Shown: in pieces, positions 59,870 through 64,000 of the stretch
How positions within the stretch are numbered: the first letter of the stretch is position 1
Layout: every line of letters begins with the position of its first letter
Sequence record: NZ_CP094333.1
Length of the DNA: 64,000 nucleotides
Source: a plasmid
Strand: one strand, 5' to 3'
Notes under the pieces: model-generated
The model's database searches: none
Told to the model about the DNA's origin: nothing
The model's input: the letters and a program-made list of their open reading frames with translations, nothing else
Position numbers and translations under genes: made by a program

Positions 59870-61157
59870 TGAAGATATCAACCCGGTTGTGCTTCTCGCA
59901 GATCCTAAAGTAAATCATCGCGTGTGGGCAGCCTGTCTTAAATGGAGTCCTGTCGTAAAAAAACAGCGAGTCCCTTCTCATCAGAAACACAAGCCCCATG
60001 TAAAATCCAGACGGCTTACCTCTCTGAAAGTGACTGTAGGCAGCAGAAGTTCCCGTGGGAAGATCAGCCGCATTACCGGCACAGGAATACTGGCCAGGCC
60101 GGAGCGCAATCATTATTTTTCCCTTGCTCTGGCTTTCTGCTCATGGGTGAGAAATGGATACGGCGTCTTCCGGTACAGCGATAAGGAGCTTTTATTCCTT
60201 GCCTCCATTAATGGCCAGCCTGCCGTTATGGCTGATCTGTCAGGAAATGATGCTGATGTTGCTCAAAAGGTCAGTCTTTTTCTGACGATGAACGAAGAGC
60301 CCCCCGAAAAATGGCAGGTCGTATCTCCTCTGGAACATCCTGATAACTGGGAAAGTATTATTACCCGGTTATCATCAGCAGATCTCCGCCGTTGCAAACT
60401 TACTGTCGGCAATCGCAGCAAATTCACACTGCCTGCCGTACTGTTTTTAGTAGCAGCCGGCGCAGGCACTGTATTCTGGATGACTCAGCCAGAGCCGGAT
60501 GTCGTACCGACGCCCGAGGAGATAGCTGCACGGGCAAGATTGCAGTTTAAAAAGCCCGATCCACCGCCAGAACTCCCGCATCCATGGGCATCACAACCTG
60601 TAATCAGTGATTTTCTGAAAGCCTGCGCGGACCTTCGAAAACCATCACCGGTCGCGCTAGAAGGCTGGAAACTTACCGGTGGAACATGTACTCCCGAGAC
60701 ATTCACACTGATTTACGAACGACAGCCAGGAGGAACTATTGAAGGCTTTCTGGCAAGAAGCAAAGAAATCTTTAATGTTATTCCTGACTTTAACCTTAAA
60801 GATGGTGCACGCCTGGCTTCTGTAACCCGGCCACTGCCTTCCCTGCCCCGCAGGGATGAGGCAGTCCCTACCCCCTCAGAACAACTGATGCGGGTGTTCA
60901 CGTGGTTTCAGAAAAAACAGTTAACGCCGGCCATTAATGAAATAGCCATACCGGAACCATTACCAGGTAACGATGGTGAACCAGCCCCTGTTCAGAAATG
61001 GAAAGAATATCAGTTCAGTTTATCAACGCCTGTAAATCCTGATGAGTTGTTCCCTTTATTTCAGGATACCGGCGTTCGTCTGAGCAATATCCATTTTGAA
61101 TTAAACGGCGGTACTTTCAGTTATTCCTCAGAAGGTCATATTTATGCGTCCAGGTAA
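59862..61157 (+). CDS. pilO: PilO (431 aa)
   Basis: Size and position match the R64 pilO product. Single internal TM (AVLFLVAAGAGTVFW). Confidence 0.6.
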   Translation: MADEDINPVVLLADPKVNHRVWAACLKWSPVVKKQRVPSHQKHKPHVKSRRLTSLKVTVGSRSSRGKISRITGTGILARPERNHYFSLALAFCSWVRNGYGVFRYSDKELLFLASINGQPAVMADLSGNDADVAQKVSLFLTMNEEPPEKWQVVSPLEHPDNWESIITRLSSADLRRCKLTVGNRSKFTLPAVLFLVAAGAGTVFWMTQPEPDVVPTPEEIAARARLQFKKPDPPPELPHPWASQPVISDFLKACADLRKPSPVALEGWKLTGGTCTPETFTLIYERQPGGTIEGFLARSKEIFNVIPDFNLKDGARLASVTRPLPSLPRRDEAVPTPSEQLMRVFTWFQKKQLTPAINEIAIPEPLPGNDGEPAPVQKWKEYQFSLSTPVNPDELFPLFQDTGVRLSNIHFELNGGTFSYSSEGHIYASR

Positions 61158-61596
61158 ATTACTCATTATTCCATCCATATTTTTCTTCTCCGGTTTTTCA
61201 TTTGCAACAACACAACCTCTTGTCACAATAGGAGAACTTGAAGCACAACAAAACCGGAATATTCTTTTACAGGCAAAAGTTCAGGGCGCACAGCTACAGA
61301 AACAACTCGAAGAATCAGATGTTACTTCATCATCTGAAACTGTTTCAGGTTTCTCTGGTGTGACTGCCTCTTTGCCATCAGTTTCAGAGCAGCCGACATC
61401 TAAAAACAGAAAGGAATTGCCCATCATTATGGAAATAAACGGCAAAGATAAACGTCTTAATGCCGTTCTTCGCATGGCTGATGGACGTCAGACAAGCGTC
61501 ACCACTGGCAGCCAGCTTCCAGGCACATCCGTCACAGTGAAGTCGATCTCATTGTCTGGCGTCACGTTAAGTGATGGCACCACCCTTACTTTCTGA
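61144..61596 (+). CDS. pilP: PilP (150 aa)
   Basis: Signal peptide plus a small periplasmic protein. Size matches. Confidence 0.55.
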   Translation: MRPGKLLIIPSIFFFSGFSFATTQPLVTIGELEAQQNRNILLQAKVQGAQLQKQLEESDVTSSSETVSGFSGVTASLPSVSEQPTSKNRKELPIIMEINGKDKRLNAVLRMADGRQTSVTTGSQLPGTSVTVKSISLSGVTLSDGTTLTF

Positions 61597-61606
61597 GTAA
61601 CGTGAT

Positions 61607-63160
61607 ATGGATAAATATAATCTGAAGGATGCTCTCCTTTTTATATCCAGGGGAGACACCCATGAAATTCTTATAGAAACAAACCAGCGGACAAGGCCTG
61701 ACGTACAAAGTAATCTCCAGGAGCTGCTAAAATTATATCCGGATATCAACCCAAAAGTAGTCTCGTTGTCGGAGTTACAGGAGGCAGGTCAGGATGAGAA
61801 AAACAGAGGCCCGAAAGAACGAATTATTCATCTGAAAGACCTTGCTGATGTCAGTGAAAGTGAGAAGAAAGTTCTATCTTATTTTGAAACTGCCAGAAAA
61901 CTTGGTGCTTCAGATATTCATTTCTTAATTTCAGAGTCTATTTTCAAAGTTCGCATGAGAATATTCGGTGAACTGCAGACTGTAGATGAAGATCAACCAG
62001 CACTGGGCTATTCACTTTGCGCAACAGCCATTCTGTCAATGGCTGATGTCACTGAAACCAGTTTCTTCCCTCAAAGGGAGCAGGATGCGCGCCTGTCCCC
62101 ACAATTAATGCGAAAAATAGGAATATTTGGTGCACGCTACAGTCACAGACCTACAGGAGACGGTCTGATTGCAGTTATGCGCCTGATACCCGATGACGGA
62201 GATAAAGTTCCCACGTTTAAACAACTGGGCTTTATCCCGGAACAAATCCGGTTGCTGAACATAATGCTGCGCCGCCCGGAAGGAAAAATAGTCCTGTCAG
62301 GTCCAACCGGTTCCGGTAAATCGACAACGTTACGCAGCGCCTGCCGTGTATATCTTGACGATAATCAGGGGCGACACCTGCTAACAATCGAAGATCCGCT
62401 GGAAGGACAGATACTGGGAGCAACACAGACTCCGATTATCTGCGACAAATCCGACGAAGATGCCGTCAAACTGGCATGGAGTCGGGCTATTTCATCGGCA
62501 ATGCGACTTGACCCTGATGCCATCATGGAAGGGGAAATGCGCGATCTTATCTCGATGATGTCAACCACCTACGCGGCACAGACCGGGCACATAGTTCTGA
62601 CGACATTACATACAAACTCAGCTCTGGGTATACCGGAGCGAATGATTACGATGGGTATGAATGCCGATCTTATTTGCGATGCGCAATTACTGATTGGGAT
62701 GATCAGCCAGCGCCTTGTACCAACTCTGTGTCCCTCCTGCCGTATTCCATGGGAAAAGCGAGCACCTGAACTTAGCGACGACGAGCGTGATTACCTTGAG
62801 CGGCACTGCAATAAAGATTCACTCTGCAGTACAGATAATATCTGGTTCCGAAATCATCACGGATGCTCTGAATGTAATCACGACGTAATCATTAACGGCA
62901 GAAAGCGCGGTGAAATAGGTAAAGGCCTCACCGGCAGGACTGTAATTGCTGAGGTGATAGAACCTGATAACCGCTTATTTCAGATTCTGAAAACACGCGG
63001 CAAAGTTGCAGCACGTAAATACTGGCTGGAAAACATGAAAGGCATCAGTCGTGTAGAGCATCTTCTTCGCCGTATCAATGAAGGTCTGGTAGACCCTCTT
63101 GAAGCCGACAGAATCATCCCTCTGGACGAAGACGAGCGCCTCAGCATCGATGATGTCTAA
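61607..63160 (+). CDS. pilQ: PilQ type II/IV secretion ATPase (GspE/PilB family, 517 aa)
   Basis: Walker A GPTGSGKSTT, Asp box, Walker B and a tetracysteine motif (CPSC…CSEC). Confidence 0.9.
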   Translation: MDKYNLKDALLFISRGDTHEILIETNQRTRPDVQSNLQELLKLYPDINPKVVSLSELQEAGQDEKNRGPKERIIHLKDLADVSESEKKVLSYFETARKLGASDIHFLISESIFKVRMRIFGELQTVDEDQPALGYSLCATAILSMADVTETSFFPQREQDARLSPQLMRKIGIFGARYSHRPTGDGLIAVMRLIPDDGDKVPTFKQLGFIPEQIRLLNIMLRRPEGKIVLSGPTGSGKSTTLRSACRVYLDDNQGRHLLTIEDPLEGQILGATQTPIICDKSDEDAVKLAWSRAISSAMRLDPDAIMEGEMRDLISMMSTTYAAQTGHIVLTTLHTNSALGIPERMITMGMNADLICDAQLLIGMISQRLVPTLCPSCRIPWEKRAPELSDDERDYLERHCNKDSLCSTDNIWFRNHHGCSECNHDVIINGRKRGEIGKGLTGRTVIAEVIEPDNRLFQILKTRGKVAARKYWLENMKGISRVEHLLRRINEGLVDPLEADRIIPLDEDERLSIDDV

Positions 63161-63172
63161 CAGGAGAACAAC

Positions 63173-64000
63173 ATGCGTGAAATGAATTTCAGTCAACGGC
63201 TGAGGCGTTTCATTGTCAGAAAAACGTTCAGCGCCCCCTACAGGGTGCAGTTTTACGAAGCCCTGCGTTTTCTGCTGGAAAATAAACAGCCATTAAAGAC
63301 CGCACTGGAACAGATGCGGGATGCCTGGACAGACTTTGGACGAAAATGGCATCCCTTTGCTGAACTGGCCACAGACTGCATTGAGTCTCTTCGTGAAAAC
63401 AGTGGCGAAAACTCTCTGGAATATACTCTTAGTTTATGGGTTCCTCAGGAAGAGGCCGCAGTAATCAGCGCCGGGATAAGAAGTGGTTCAATTGTGGATG
63501 CACTGCAATTCGCCACCACTCTTACAGATGCAAAAGAACAAATCCATCAGGCTATATGGCAAATGGCTATTTATCCGGTGGGATTGTTAATCATGATGAC
63601 GGGGACATTATATGTTCTGAATACAGAGCTAATACCTGAACTGAGCAAAATAAGCTCCCCCGATTCATGGAGTGGTGCTCTTGGTTTTCTTTATGGATTA
63701 TCTGTTTTTGTCGATAATTACGGCGCTATATGTGCCGTTCTTTTTGCAGTGATCACAGGTTTAATATCATGGTCTCTGCCAAACTGGAAAAGCCCTGACA
63801 GTGTTCGTACTTTTGCCGACAAGATAATGCCATGGAGTATTTATCAGGATATACAGGGAGCAACATTTCTCCTGAATATGGCTGCACTTCTGAAAGCCAA
63901 AATGACGACGCTCAACTCGCTAAACATTCTTCAGGAGTTTGCATCACCATGGTTAAGCACACGTCTTGACAGCATTATTTACCGCGTCCGCCAAGGGGAT
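63173..64000 (+). CDS. pilR: PilR (GspF/PilC-family inner-membrane platform protein), 5' part; continues beyond window
   Basis: MREMNFSQRLRRFIVRKTFSAPYRVQFYEALRFLLENKQPLKTAL… The frame is open to the window end. Confidence 0.8.
   Translation, partial: MREMNFSQRLRRFIVRKTFSAPYRVQFYEALRFLLENKQPLKTALEQMRDAWTDFGRKWHPFAELATDCIESLRENSGENSLEYTLSLWVPQEEAAVISAGIRSGSIVDALQFATTLTDAKEQIHQAIWQMAIYPVGLLIMMTGTLYVLNTELIPELSKISSPDSWSGALGFLYGLSVFVDNYGAICAVLFAVITGLISWSLPNWKSPDSVRTFADKIMPWSIYQDIQGATFLLNMAALLKAKMTTLNSLNILQEFASPWLSTRLDSIIYRVRQGD

Noticed and set aside
1-64000. CRISPR arrays, tRNA/rRNA genes
   Set aside because: No regularly spaced short direct repeats and no tRNA-like or rRNA-like sequence were seen. 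The repeats present are long (100-700 bp) dispersed copies.

Overview
This window is a segment of a large enterobacterial conjugative plasmid of the IncI-complex type. The assignment rests on a RepZ/RepA1-like initiator with an Inc antisense stem-loop carrying a UUGGCG loop, a traABC-like regulator set, and the pilK-pilR thin-pilus genes. Reading left to right:

- 1-21.4 kb: the leading region, on the minus strand. It carries a partial Rpn nuclease gene, ardA, psiA, psiB, a ParB-like nuclease gene, ssb, klcA/ardB, DUF1380-like genes, an orphan N6-adenine methyltransferase and several unknown ORFs. Two families of long non-coding repeats sit directly 5' of ardA, klcA, ssb and a 144-aa ORF; they are candidate ssDNA promoter (Frpo/ssi-like) elements. 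The ssb gene is split after codon 13 by a roughly 2.5 kb group II intron (633-aa IEP). That intron is itself interrupted 70 nt from its 5' end by an IS66-family element (tnpA/B/C). A second, unrelated group II intron (555-aa IEP) sits in the repeat upstream of ssb.
- 21.7-27.1 kb: a LexA-box-controlled impCAB (DinI-like, UmuD-like, UmuC-like) operon, a divergent double partition locus (parM/parR with a homopolymer frameshift in parM, and parF/parG-like) around a repeat-rich centromere region, and a tyrosine recombinase.
- 27.2-32.7 kb: unknown operons (202+116 aa; RHH-domain protein plus overlapping 112+215 aa), an XRE-HTH gene and a DUF3800 gene, with a partial duplicate of the HTH gene region abutting IS26.
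- 32.8-45.5 kb: an IS26-bounded multiresistance module. It reads IS26, delta-IS26, delta-ISAba125, blaNDM (L88/L154, consistent with NDM-5), bleMBL, trpF, dsbD/tat, delta-cutA1, ISCR1, sul1, qacEdelta1, aadA2, orfF, dfrA12, delta-intI1, IS26, and a Tn1721-like tnpA remnant with its 38-bp IR.
- 45.5-49.2 kb: an AT-rich island with an OLD-family-like ABC-ATPase/TOPRIM gene broken at an A7 tract, a FinO/ProQ-domain gene broken at a G5 tract, and a 330-aa unknown protein.
- 49.3-64 kb: oriV with a DnaA box, repZ, the Inc RNA, traA/B/C-like regulators and the pil thin-pilus operon. ~100-bp near-identical repeats flank the first lipoprotein gene.

The most interesting candidates are the nested mobile-element disruption of ssb and several uncharacterised operons in the leading and accessory regions.
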